From Eledone cirrhosa (lineage: Eukaryota): DNA of 64,000 nt. Made by a program: the position numbers and the translations under genes. Location: NCBI GenBank assembly GCA_964016885.1, contig OZ024741.1, positions 291,896,001 to 291,960,000 on the forward strand. Direction: 5' to 3'. This document shows positions 30,320-43,917 of the stretch, piece by piece; positions within the stretch are counted from its first letter, which is position 1; every line of letters begins with the position of its first letter. The notes under the pieces were generated by a model, which was given only the letters and a program-made list of their open reading frames with translations, had not been told where the DNA came from and made no database searches.

Positions 30320-30642
30320 CCCACCCTTGAGCCACGGATGGCCATGGAATTTGTAGATAGAAAGTTCCCCTCCAAGGCACAAGTCCGGACAAGTTATTTT
30401 TGTGGAAGACCAGCAGTCGACCATGCATATCAATCTCCTCCCCTCTTCAAGCCATCAATGTTGTCCAAGGGAAAAGCAATGACCGATACAGCTTTGCACA
30501 CATTTCTGCAGCTGAGTGAACGGGAGCAATGTGAAACAAAGTGTCTTACACAATGACACAACGCATCACCTGGTCCGGAAATTGAACTCATAACTTCACA
30601 ATTGTCTGTCCAACTCCTTAACCACAAACCCTTATGCTTTCA
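30320..30642 (-). mobile_element. CORE-type tRNA-SINE with LINE-like tail
   Basis: - strand: tgtggttaaggagttggac...gagttcaatttccggacc...gtgtcattgtgtaagacactt; tail cttccacaaaaataacttgtccggacttgtgcc. Confidence 0.7.
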
Positions 30643-32592
30643 CATATTTGATATAAGAATAATGTTAAAGGACGTTTATTAATTTAAAGTGATTGACCTT
30701 TGGATAATATCTATTGGAAGGGTTAAACTGTCTGAAAAATACTCCTGCGGGCTGAGACAGCCATGCTGGTAAATACTTCACCGTTGAGGGATATCGATGA
30801 AGGATAAATACGTTTTGAGATCCCGTCTGGTTAATCACAATGCAAAGGAGGGATCTTATCACATGGAGTGATTCCCCAAACACATCACTTCATTCTATTT
30901 CTGGCAGTCTTTCATGAAGGGATGGCAATTGTTATTGTTCTCCACAGAGTTCCATTTCCATATTCCACTCCACTGTAGAATGTCACAGTGGGATGTTCAT
31001 AGTTACGTCCCTTTACGATCTGAGTTCAAATCCCGCCGAGGTTGACTTTGCCTTTCATCCTTACGGGGTTGATAAAATAAAGTACCAGTAATGCACTGTG
31101 TAATTGCTGTCCTTGTGCCTAAAGTAGAAACAAAAAATATTATTGCTCTCCCGAGACATAAATTGTTAACCCTAGTCTGAGAGGATTGAAGCTGGAGCAG
31201 TAAACGCAGAAGATATATGGTATTTAAAAGACAGGGATTTACTATAGCAGCTGCCATAGCTGAACATGCAAATACAAAGGGATATCTTGAGTATTCACAA
31301 ATAATTATTAATATGATTTAGACGATTATATGTATGAACCAGTAACTCCCGAAAAACTCGTAGGGGCACCGTATTAGCATACGGTGTTTCTAGGGCATTT
31401 TAAAATCTGGCGAAGCCCATCTCCTTTCCAGGTTTGAATGCATCAGATTTCTTCTAGAGAAGGATGGAGAGTGAGTAAATGGAAATGAGAGAGATATAAT
31501 GAATTCCCTACTTTTAGATGATAATAGAGGGCATTTAACTTCGATACTGAAACATGAGAAGTAATAGGAGTTGAAGTAGTTTCGATTAAGAAATGTAGAA
31601 AATATGACACACACTACCAAGCCATACTCGGTTGTAAGTGTCGGCTAAAATTAGTAAATATTATTTTAGCATTAAGGCTTTCATCCTTACGGCGTCGATA
31701 AAATAAAGTACCAGTAATGCACTGGATAATTGCTGGCCTTGTGCCTAAAGTATTAACAATTATTTTAGCATTAAGGCGGTGGATTCGCAGAGTCGCTAGA
31801 AAATCGGATATAATGCTTTGCGGTATTCGTTTCGTTTCTCTTCTCTCAGTTCAAATCCCGACAAGGTCAACTTTGCCTTTCATTTAGTCGAGGTCGATAA
31901 AAAAAAGTACCAGTCCAGTACTAGGGTGATTCTTCTTCAATATTTCTTTCTCACTTCCTTTCTCTCATTCTCTATCCTTCACTGGAAGAAATCTTCTGGA
32001 TGCAGACCTGGAGAGGAAATGATCTCCGCGAGGTTTAAAAATGCCCTAGAAAAGTTATATGTCAATATAGTAACCTTATGACTTCTCCAGAGGTTACAGG
32101 TCCATGCAGGCATTTTTGCATCACAAGGCATCGGCTAATAAACGACGAGTATAAATCATTGCGGGTTGGGTTGGGTTTATTGTGCATGTTGTATCCCATG
32201 TAACGTACGGATGATAGTCATTGTTCAATGTAATGTTGAATCTAATCTCCTTCAAACAGAAATAAATTTAACCAAACTCCAATAATATCGTTTAGACAGG
32301 CGTCAGCTTCGTCGATATTATTATCGGAAATTATATCATCGATCACCGATTGAAAAGTACTTAGCATTAGGCACAGGAAAGGGCAACGTTGTAAACTGAC
32401 AGAAGAGTCAATCAGTTTGATAAGAGGTTTATCTCATAGTTTACTAATTTGCTCAGTAACTAATTAGAAACTATTCGGGATGAACATTTGGTGTATTGTA
32501 GAAAGAAACTAATAGTGGAGAACTTAATTAATTCTCCAATATATAAATATATAATTAATTCTCCAATATATATATACATAATTAATTCTCCA

Positions 32593-32641
<49 letters not shown>

Positions 32642-32646
32642 TATAT

Positions 32647-32708
32647 CAGTCCTGAAATAGCCGTCGAAACGGCTTGAGCTCTGCTGTCGGGTTCATACTT
32701 TTCCCTTA
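32647..32708 (+). mobile_element. Single short arm of the 22.1-kb fold-back family
   Basis: gaaatagccgtcGAAACggcttgagctctgctgtcgggttcatac within (TA)n. Confidence 0.85.
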
Positions 32709-32736
32709 TATATATATATATGATATCTATATATAC

Positions 32737-32841
<105 letters not shown>

Positions 32842-33391
32842 CATATATATTTATATATATATATATACATATAATATATATATATATATGATATATATAT
32901 ATATATATACATATTATATATATATACACATATATATACATATTTACACACACACAAACATATATATATATATATACATAAGTGGCGACACAAGCTCTCA
33001 GGTTAGTCATACATACATATATAAGTATAGTTATTGTAAATATACAGACGCTAAAGACAAGGTTAATTGCCTGGAAAATTATCATCTTTAATAGCAATAG
33101 CTCCTGTCAGAACTTTAAACATTTAAAGAGAGATGAAGGAGATGTAGAGCGAAGAAGTAATAGCACAGTGAATATGATGGTGTCAGGGTCAATAGATTCG
33201 ACTTGGGTCACACTTCAATGTATGACCACTGACAGGAGTGGGCTGGAGCGATGACTATATTTGAGGACGGTAGACCGTTACCCAATCAACGCTGCCATTA
33301 CTAGACACATACAAAAAAAAACATTCACATACATACATGCCTGCACACAAAAACACAGACACACAGGGCCACATATATATATATATATATA

Positions 33392-33703
<312 letters not shown>

Positions 33704-33967
33704 TGTGTGCGTGCGTGTGTGCGTGTGGGTGTGTGTGTATACATCTATCTCTTTCTGTCTGTCTCTCTCTCTCTCTCCCTCTCTCTTTATATATATATAT
33801 ACGCTCACTTGAATCTAACTAGAAGCACAATGTTTAAGTAAAAGATAGGATGGACTCGCCAGGAATATCTTTAATCATAGGTGCGTCTGATAAGTGCTGA
33901 CGTAGAGATAAACAACAAAAAGAACAGCATATTTATATATATGTATATATATATATATATTTTTTTA

Positions 33968-34008
<41 letters not shown>

Positions 34009-35760
34009 CATATATATACACACACACACACGCATATATATATATATATATACATGTGTGTGTGTATATGTATGTATACGATTGTGTGTTCATACAACAT
34101 ATATATATATATATAAACATACATGTGTAATATATGTTGTTGTGCATGTGTACATACATATATACATATCTATTCATGTATGAACACACACATATACACG
34201 TACCTGAGAGATTATTTACAAGGTGGTGCCCTTGTCATAGCTTTTAGCTATGGTGGCGAGACCAAACAATGAACTGAAATACAAGTATATGAAGATTATG
34301 TGTACATACGTACTTATATCCAGCCATCATTCAATCAATCTATTTATTTATCTACATCACCTTCATACATATAAATAAAAAGAAAAACATAGAGTAGAAC
34401 GCTAGATTGAACTAAAGAGGGGATGTTTCCATTGGTCTGTTCATTCTAACTGTCCGCTTCAATTTTTGGCAGAATGTGTTCATTTGGCATTTAGGTAGAA
34501 TGTATCAGGAAAGAATCGTTGGACAGATTTTACGGGCAAAACCAACCGACAGGAAACTTGCGAGTAGACCCCGAGCATGATGCTTGAATAACTATCCATG
34601 AGCCGATTGCTCTCGCTTGAGGACCCAGCTGGTTCAGTTAGAAACGGTTGCTTCTTACAGAACTCTCTGGAAGGAATGTTTGAGGACTCTGCCCCAGGTA
34701 CCTCTCATGCATAATAAGACGAGTAAGTATTATCAAATCCTAGGATTGTATTGACGACTTTACGACAATGAATCTAACACCATTACCACCAAACCAATGA
34801 AAATATTGTTCACACACATACATACACAGAAACACACATACATGCTCACACACGTTCACACAGGCTCACACACACACACAAACACACGCCCACAAATACA
34901 CACACACACACATACATATATACAGTTATATAGGAAGTCATCTAACAACTTCTTGCCAAGAAACTCTAGACATTCTTGCTTTGACAGCTGAACTTCGACT
35001 TTAAAGTAACTTATATATTGATTTATGTATATGTGTGTATACATGTGTGTGTATACATAATATTTACATACACGCATACATACATACATATATACATACA
35101 TATATATATATATGCATATATGTGTGTGTATGTGCGCGTGTGTTTGTGTGAGTCGGAGAGAAAGTGGGAAATAACGTGTGTGTGTATGTGTAAGTGTGAA
35201 CGTGTGTGAGCGTTTGTGAACGTGTGTGTGTGTGTTTGTGCTTGGTTTGTATGTATATATGTAATTCTCTTCTTGTGTATGAGAGAGGAGAAGCCATTTG
35301 TTAATATGATGGAACAAGTGATGTCCTGCCTAGATAACTGGATAATTTGACCCACGCTACTTAGTATCATTTGGTGGTGGTTCTGTGATGGAATATTGCC
35401 AATATTGTCTCAGTGTGTCACGTTTCACGACAAACTAAATACCACTCTCCATATTGTGTGACGTATGAGTGACGTAATGTAAAAACAACGATGGAAAGGG
35501 TGGGTGTGTGAAAAGACAAATAAAAAGAATAGAAAAGAAAAGTATTCCATCGTAGGTTATTATGTGTCTTGTTATTACTACTACAGACATTGTTGTTGTT
35601 GCTATTGTTTTTGTTGTTCAGCTCTAGGTCAGCACTTATCGGACAGACCTACGATTAAAGATGTTCCAGGCGTGACCATCTCATGTTTTATTTAAATATA
35701 GTATATCTAGTTAGCTTGATGTGTTCGTATGCGTTGGGGAGAGAAAGTAAACTAAAGCTT

Positions 35761-36227
35761 CGGAACACAACCGGGGTTGTATTAGCTCCTGGCCGGGCTC
35801 ATGGTTTTACAGGTATTTCGGAACACAACCGGAGTTGCATTATCTCCTGGCCGGGCTCATGGTTTTACAGGTATTTCGGAACACAACCGGGGTTGTATTA
35901 GCTCCTGGTCGGGCTCCACGTTTTTACAGGTATTTCGGAACACAACCGGGGTTGTATTAGCTCCTGGCCGGGCTCATGGTTTTACAGGTATTTCGGAACA
36001 CAACCGGGGTTGTATTAGCTCCTGGCCGGGCTCATGGTTTTACAGGTATTTCGGAACACAACCGGGGTCGTATTAGCTCCTGGTCGGGCTCATGGTTTTA
36101 CAGGTATTTCGGAACACAACCGGGGTCGTATTAGCTGCTGGCCGGGCTCATGGTTTTACAAGTATTTCGGAACACAATCGGGGTCGTATTAGCTAGTGGC
36201 TGGGCTCATGGTTTTACAAGCATTTCG
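35761..36227. repeat. 58-bp GC-rich minisatellite x8
   Basis: Unit cggaacacaaccggggttgtattagctcctggccgggctcatggttttacaggtattt starting at 35761, 35819, 35877, 35936, 35994, 36052, 36110, 36168. Confidence 0.97.
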
Positions 36228-36798
36228 AGGCCCCTCTGTCACTTCAATCTTTCTGTATAGCAAAGCAAATTTAACGGACCATCCAGTCCCTGCGTATGCT
36301 ATAGGCTGCTGTTTAGTTGCCTTATTAAAAATATGGCCCTTGACAGACCCTATTTGAGGGAAAAGATATTTCATATCAAAGGCTACATTATCAAATATAT
36401 CATTCCTTGTTATGTTTAGCCTCAGGTCAGTCCAAATCAAGCAGATCTATCACCATAAAGTATTCCACACGTAAACATCCAGTTGTTTATGTATTTTTGT
36501 ATATATATTCTGGTTGACCCATACCTTGCCAGTTAGAAATGGAAGGTGGGGCCGCGCCATATTTTATTCTTTCAGTGGTTTCTGTCATTAGACTGGCGGC
36601 CATGCTGGGGCACACTCTTTAAAGAATCTTATTGATCACATCACCCCTCAGTACTTATTTTTTCGTCTGTGGATCTGTTTGTGTGGACGTGTGTGTATAT
36701 GTGTGTGTGTATGTTTTTTGTATTTATACATGTGCGTATGTGTACGTATGTATGTGTATGTGTATGTGTATGTGTGTGTGTGCATGTGTGTGTGTGTG

Positions 36799-36898
<100 letters not shown>

Positions 36899-38495
36899 GC
36901 ATGCATGCGTGCACGTATGCACGCATATTTGAATCCGTAAAGTACAAAATATGTTACATGAAATTCTTTATAGCAAAGAATTAAAATAACACAGAAAACA
37001 TCGCAAATTAATTCGACACTGTGTTGAATTATTATTAGTTAATGTGTTGTCCCATCATGTGACTAATATGTCTTTTCTATATGACTGAAATATTTACTTA
37101 ATTATCAACAACAGTAACTATTTCGGATTTAGCAGACCATATATTAAAGATTTCTTTAACAGACCAAATATTTATGATTTCTTTAACAGACGAATTATTT
37201 ATGGTTAGTTTTGGTACAAAGGAAAGTTGATTAAATTAACCGCAGTGCGTTACTGGTGATTTGTTTTCTCGATCTCGTGAGGATGAAAGGTAAAGCTAAC
37301 TAAGTGTCCGAAACGTAAAGATTTTTTTCCTATTCTATCAAGCGTTAAACTAATATATTTCTTGAACCTTATGTGTTGTTTAGTTTGTTGTTATTGTTTG
37401 CTTTGTGCGTGCTTCGCTGGGAAAATCTTAGTTTTCGCAGTTTGACATTTTTTGTTAGGGTTCTTGTAAGGGTTAAAGTTCTAATAGAGTGTTTTTATAG
37501 AAGGGTTAAGAGCGTGGGGGTTGTCAGTTAGATAAGGGGGATAACCCTTACTTACACTTGAGCAAAATAGAAGGAACGTGTTCGTACTTAGAGTTGAGGA
37601 ATCTATTATGTGGGATGGAAAGATATAGCGGGTTGTTTCCCTAAATATTTCTTTCGTCCTAGATATATATTATAGAGGTTAGAACTTCGGAGAAGTAGGC
37701 GAGACCGTTTTTTGTTCTTGGTGTGCTTGAAAGATATTATGGAAAGAAAGTTTTATAACGAGGGGTGTGGATAATCTCAGTGTTCAAGGTTGTGGATTGT
37801 GGCTATCTAGATGTTATCCAGGTTTCTTACAATTATGTAGGGTGTATTTCAGCACCTGGGGGCAGCGATTAAAAAAGCCGACTTCGTATTTAGGCATGTG
37901 TTCGTAATATGCAGAAGTCTTAAGATGTTCCGTCGTTCATGGTTGCGCATTTTATATGCCTTCTTACCGTTCAGGATTTTCCATTTAATGGAAAAGTCCA
38001 CACCGAAATGCTCTTGCAGAAACCTGGAATTATGCTCTCTGTATCAACAGTGCAATGCACTGGGCGGTGGTATATGAAGCTGAGGTAATCCCTTTTCAAA
38101 CGAATCTGCAGAAGGATATCAAGATATATGTGGATATGCCGGATGGTTGCTTTAAAAGCTGCTTTCTAAACCACAAAAAAAAATATTTAGTCACCCCGAT
38201 AAACGAACAGCCACGTGGCTGGCAATTCACGCTCAGTCCTTCAAGGATGCAGGTTCGGTTTATCAATTAAATGGAAAATCCTGCAAGAGTCCAGTCTTAC
38301 CTTAACGGTAAGAAGGTTTGTAAATTGTACAACAAATTAGGTTGAAATGCTGCAGGGCGGAAACAAAATTTGCTCATTGAAACGTGGGTATTCGTCAGAT
38401 GAAAATGGTATGAGTGTAACCAAAATGCTGTATATATATATATATATACATATACACACATATATATATATGTAAATAAGTATGTATGTATATAA

Positions 38496-38541
<46 letters not shown>

Positions 38542-40059
38542 GCATATATACACACACACGTACACACACACACACACAAACACACACAAACATGTATATA
38601 TCAGAAATTTTCTCTGGTTAATATCGCAGAAACTAGGAGTCCATCCAATTGGCGCCAAAATTGGTCACTTGAGCGTCACGTGTGTTCATCATATTTTGTG
38701 TGGGCGTACTTGTCTACGTGTATATGAGTGTGTGTGTGTGTTTATGTATGCGTGTGTAATGTGTATATATGTGTTTCTGTATATGTGTGTATGCTGGTGT
38801 GCATATGTTTGTGCGTGTGTACATTCATCTATATGTACGTGTAGGATACTTTTTTGACGCGCAGAAGAATTTTGCTGCTATTTTTGTCTCTATAATAAGT
38901 GGTATCTGTTTTCCTTGTCTGAAAGAAGATGATGACGCTGATGATGGTGATGATGATGATGATGATGAGGAAGAGGAGGAGGAGGGGAGAGGAGAAGGAG
39001 GAGAAGGAGGAGAAGGAGGAGAAGGAGGAGAAGGAGGAGAAGGAGGAGAAGAAGTAGGAGTAGGAGGAAGCAAGTGAAATTTAAAAAAAAGTAAATAAAT
39101 ACCACAAGGCATTTTGTCTACTGCACTAAATTATTTTGTAATATCACCAAATTATTAACAGCAAGAGCAACATCATCACTACACCGGCAGCAACAAAACC
39201 ATCACTGCACCACTGATAACAGCAACAGTATCCCTGACTCGACAGCAATAATACCATCACCGCGTCATCAATACCACAACCAACAATAACAACAACAGCT
39301 GCAATAACATCAACATCACTCCACTGGCAGTACTCAAAAATACACCAATAACAACATCTGCAACAACATAAAGAACATTACTGAATAACAACACTTTTAA
39401 GAGGTCGTTCAGTCTGCTAGAAACAGAAATCAAATTTCTTTCAAATCCCACACGACCTACATTTAAAAGAACACATTGTATCACATCGTCCTAGCTTCCT
39501 TGTGTTAGAGTTCTTCCCGACTGAGAAAATACCTTTTATTATAGTTCTGCACCATAGGAGTTGAACTCGGGTTAAATTGCTACAACAAGTCGGGTTAGAT
39601 CAACCCAGGGTTTACTGTATATTAAAATATACTTGCTTTTTTTTAAGCTAATACCGGCGGGAATTGAACCCTGAACGTAAAGAACCATAACTGTCTGTCC
39701 CAAAGCATGTTGTTCGACGCTCTACCGATACTGCCATTCCATATATTAATGGTTTCTGATTTAGGCACAAGGCCAACCATTTTGGGGGAGGGGAATGTCG
39801 ATTAAATTTCCCCAGGGCATTACTGGTACTTAATTTCATCTACCCCGTAAGGATGAAAGGCAAAGCTAACCACGGCGGGATTTCAACTTACATCATAAAG
39901 CGCCGTAACTCTATGCCGCAAAGGATTTTGCCAGTTTAAGTACTCGTTTATTAAAAGTCAAACCCGTTGATTTCAAAAGGGAGCATTCGGTGATTAGATT
40001 AATGGATTATCGATCAAAAATCGGCCAAAGAATTAATTATCAATAAGAAATGGTTTGTG

Positions 40060-40353
40060 ATGTATAAAGACAAACTGAGTAGAGTCGCTACATCTTCGAA
40101 TTGAGAGATCACTGAACCGATACTATGGGATTGTGGTTAGAATGTCTTAGGAAATAATCGCTGGACTGGACAAATTTTACGGGCAAAACCAAGTGGCAGG
40201 AAACCCAGGGGTCTCACTTGGGGATCCAGACGGATCAATTGGAGGTGGTTGTTTCAAACAGGACCCGATGGAAGGAATGTTTGAGAACTCTATCCCTACG
40301 ACTCTCCCAGGAATATGTAGAAGAAGAAGAAGAAGAAGAAGAAGAAGAAGAAG

Positions 40354-40383
<30 letters not shown>
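40060..40383 (+). mobile_element. RTE-like LINE 3' end with (GAA)n tail (related piece at ~34480-34710)
   Basis: RYYGIVVRM..ILRAKPSGRKPRG resembles RTE C-terminal W/YGHV.RM..KP.G.RPRG; shared ttttacgggcaaaaccaa and tggaaggaatgtttgag. Confidence 0.65.
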
Positions 40384-40384
<1 letters not shown>

Positions 40385-40418
40385 GATCGTGTCATATTTC
40401 AATATCTTTTAACTGTTG

Positions 40419-40459
<41 letters not shown>

Positions 40460-41249
40460 AAGCACCGATGACTCTTATCGTAGCTTTCGAGGATAGTGGG
40501 GTGGCAGGTAGGAAGTAAAGAATTCTCAAGTCAGAGATTGCAACAGTTATATTTGTCTGGCAATACTGATAACAAAATAATAAATAGGCACGAATTGCAG
40601 AGCTGTTAGAAAGTCGGATAGAAAGCTTTGCGATATTCGTTCCGTTTCTCGGTTCTCGGTCTTCCCAGTTCAAATCTCACCGAGGTCAACTTTGCACTTC
40701 ATCCTTTCGTAGTCTATAAAAAAATCGTCAGTTTAGTACTGGGGTCGATTTTTCTTGTATATCTCTTTCCCATTTCCTTTCTCTCACTCTCTATCCTTCT
40801 CTGGAATAAATCTGTTGTATTTACACATGTAGAAAGGGATTCCACTAGGTTTATAAAATACCTTAGAAAAACCGTATGTCAATGTGGCGTCCCTACAACT
40901 CCGTCGGGGGTTACGGGTCCATATATACTGATAAAAGATAAACCTCATTGAGGAGGATTAATATGACCTAACTATACCGGGAGTTGACACCATACTTAAC
41001 AAATACCAGTGTAACACGCCCCTTTCCATACACAACACCCCATATATTTTATTTTTAATGAAATTCAATTAATTAAAATGCTGGGAGTTATTCCCCCAAC
41101 ATTTCTTGACAAGAATTAATAATTAAGCTAATGGTTCGACATCTTCATTATGGGCGTAATTTTGATGAACACATCTTATTCCACCATATGCCTGATGGCA
41201 CCAACTTCCCTCTATTGAAATATTGAAGTATTGATTTTTGAGGTATATG

Positions 41250-41495
41250 AGCTAATGGTTAGGATACTTGACGTATGATCGGTATGTCATCGGGTTGGTT
41301 CCTGCATTTTATTCTTATTTCACGTTATTCCAGTACATTCAGCAGAGATGAGTACCAGTAGTAGCTGGAGAGTTAACCCTGCGATAGATCGGCGTCCTAT
41401 CCAGGAGAATGTCTTGTACTCTTAGACGCTTAACGCCAAGGAAATCGTGATAAGCACCGATTTGTTGAGCCTTCGGCTTAAAACAGACTTTACTT
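41250..41495 (+). mobile_element. Old tRNA-SINE with V/Meta-type central domain
   Basis: gttaaccctgcgatagatcggcgtcctatccagg...gacgcttaacgccaaggaaatcgtgataagc after a tRNA-like head. Confidence 0.55.
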
Positions 41496-42132
41496 ATTGA
41501 GAGCTCCTGTATGATGTGTCTCTTATGTCTAACGACAAAAGAAATATACGAAAGTACAAAAGTTCTCTATCCAGAGAATGTTGGTGTTTTGCTGATGTAA
41601 GTGCTGAAAAAAACAGTTACAATAGATTTTAGTGATCCCCAGATCTTGAATTATAATGCATGGTAAGCCAGCAGAAAAGCGGCGTTCTTTGACTCGACTT
41701 ACGTGGTAGGTTCCTATCCTTGTGTTGGTGGCTAACCCGAAATATTTTTGCATGTTTTATAGTGTTATATATTATCCAGGGATAAGCATTAGCCCGATGA
41801 GCTTTCAGCTTAGAACAGGATTTAACATAACTTTAACTAACATTGTAAAGTATAGATATAATACATATTTAAATTATTGAAAGATGCCATCCATATATGG
41901 TAATTAACAGTTAAGTGAGTGAAAGCATATTAAATTATTTAAAATGTTGAACAAAACAAAATGAAACAAGTGATTCAAATAAGAGAGGCTGAAAAAATAA
42001 AATAAATATAAAACAAGTCAATGACAAAGATTTTAATTGAAAAGTGTACAATATATTTTTCAATTATCATTATATCGATTCCTGTCTCATTCCCTACCCC
42101 TCCCCACCTCTCTCACACACTCACTTTCTCTC

Positions 42133-42209
<77 letters not shown>

Positions 42210-42253
42210 AAGTTAAATAAAAGTCAAATGATTAAAATTTAGCTTCGTTTATT

Positions 42254-42308
42254 ACTGCTATATATATTTCAGTGACAGCCATCTTTGGCTGTGACCTCTT
42301 CAGGCAGT
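42254..42308 (-). ncRNA. Minimal type I HHR, inverted pseudo-LTR copy
   Basis: Exact mirror of 47786-47840. Confidence 0.88.
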
Positions 42309-43917
42309 TTGAATTAGTATGGTATAGACAAGTACATATGTTGTTTAGGTGTATGATATTGTCAATACTCTGATATGCCCAGTTCCTTGTTGGGTTGTTA
42401 ATTCACTGGGGAACTGGAGTCATATGAATTCAAACAAACGAATTTTAGTGTCACAGGTCCCCTTCTCCTCTCATTGGTCAGTTATTAGTGTTGTCATTGT
42501 TGGAGTTAGCTTAAAAATTGATAAAATGGTAGAAGGGACAAGGTGTTGAAGGAACAAAATATCAAAAAATGTGTCAAACTTCCCATTGTTCAGTTCTGAG
42601 AGCATTCCTCAGTCAGAAGTCTATAGAATTCTTTCTGGGGTGAGGCTCCCTGTAGTGTTTATGCCTGCTATTGTTCAGTACATTTGACCTCGACCATTAT
42701 TTTGGTACTGTTGTTGTTGTAGTGGTCAGCTTATATCTTGCTGCTGCTAACAGTTTAGAAGTATTCAGTTTGTGTTTTCTCTTCATCCCACCCGCCACCA
42801 TCGTAGTGGTGGTGGCGGGGGGGGGGGGGGTTATTTCATGTATATGAAGAAATATAAGGCAATAAATGAAGAAAACAGAAGATAAATAAATAATATAATA
42901 AAATAAAATAATTAATATAATTTGTGTAATTTGAAAATAAATAAATAAATAGAGAATAAAGAATAAAGAGTAAATGAGAGATTGGTGAAAAAGTAATGAT
43001 AATGTATATGGAGAAGTGAGAAATAATGTAGGATAAAGTGTGTGTGTGTGTGCTATAACCAATCTCAAGGTCAGAATATGTTGGATAGATTGGTATGATA
43101 CAAGATGTTAAGATGAGATATTCAATGTGATTGTGTTATAATCTATCTCAACTTAAAATAAATATAAATATAAGGTTATACAGTGAAGAGGGCAGAAAAC
43201 AAATAACAAATTAATAAAGAGAAATCAAGATTTAAGATTGGAACTTTAAAGTCAGAAATCTGGTAAATTAAAAGTGTTTGTGTTATAGATGTTGGCCAGA
43301 TTATTATGGCTGTGTCCGATTCTGTCTCTAGGCTATCATGGTGTCTGCTCCGCCTGGGTTGTTCCCTATGGCTTGAGGGGAGTTCACAACCTAGGGTGTT
43401 GTAATTGTCCATATAGCTTGAGGGAGGTCTGGCCGAGAGGTGTTTTCATGTTCTGTAGAAGTCCCTATAGCTTGAGGGGAGTTCACATCTTCTTGTGTTG
43501 CTACTGTCCATATATTTTGAGAAAGGTCCCGGCTCTAAGGTGTCTGCATGTCCCGAAGAAGTCGGTTCTGAGGTTTATCAGGCCGCTTCCACCTCTTAGT
43601 ATCTCGAGGGTCTCGTTCAGGCATAGTTTGCATATGCAAGATCCCCCTTTATCGGGTGGTACTTTCCTGATTATGTACCAGGCCAGAGAGTATGGGGTCC
43701 TGTCCAGCTTAAGCTTCCAGATCAGGTCGGAGAGAGCTGTGCTTTTCCTTTTGGCCTCCTTCTTGAATGAATGGCGATGGTTGTACCAGCGGTCCTTAAA
43801 GCTCGTTGATGCTCCAGCCTGCATACTGAGGTGTTGGTATACAACCAACATAAACTCAAAATCTATCTAGCTCCCACACGGGTTGAGCGCTTCAAACAGT
43901 AGCGGACCTAAGTCACT

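Noticed and set aside
35761-36227. Possible CRISPR array or twister ribozyme repeat
   Set aside because: Contiguous units without unique spacers, eukaryotic context, no cas genes, no twister or HHR consensus
37440-38300. Coding-like AT-rich stretch, possibly an old retroelement
   Set aside because: No diagnostic motif recovered by manual translation
43826-43858. CTGAGG-tgttgg/ccaaca-TAAAC in the 57-bp PLE direct repeat as a second HHR
   Set aside because: Core deviates at several invariant positions and stems I/III are missing; kept only as a hairpin
43289-43870. 193-aa and 116-aa ORFs upstream of the PLE ORF
   Set aside because: By-products of the inverted pseudo-LTR (antisense frame and duplicated GIY-YIG C-terminus)
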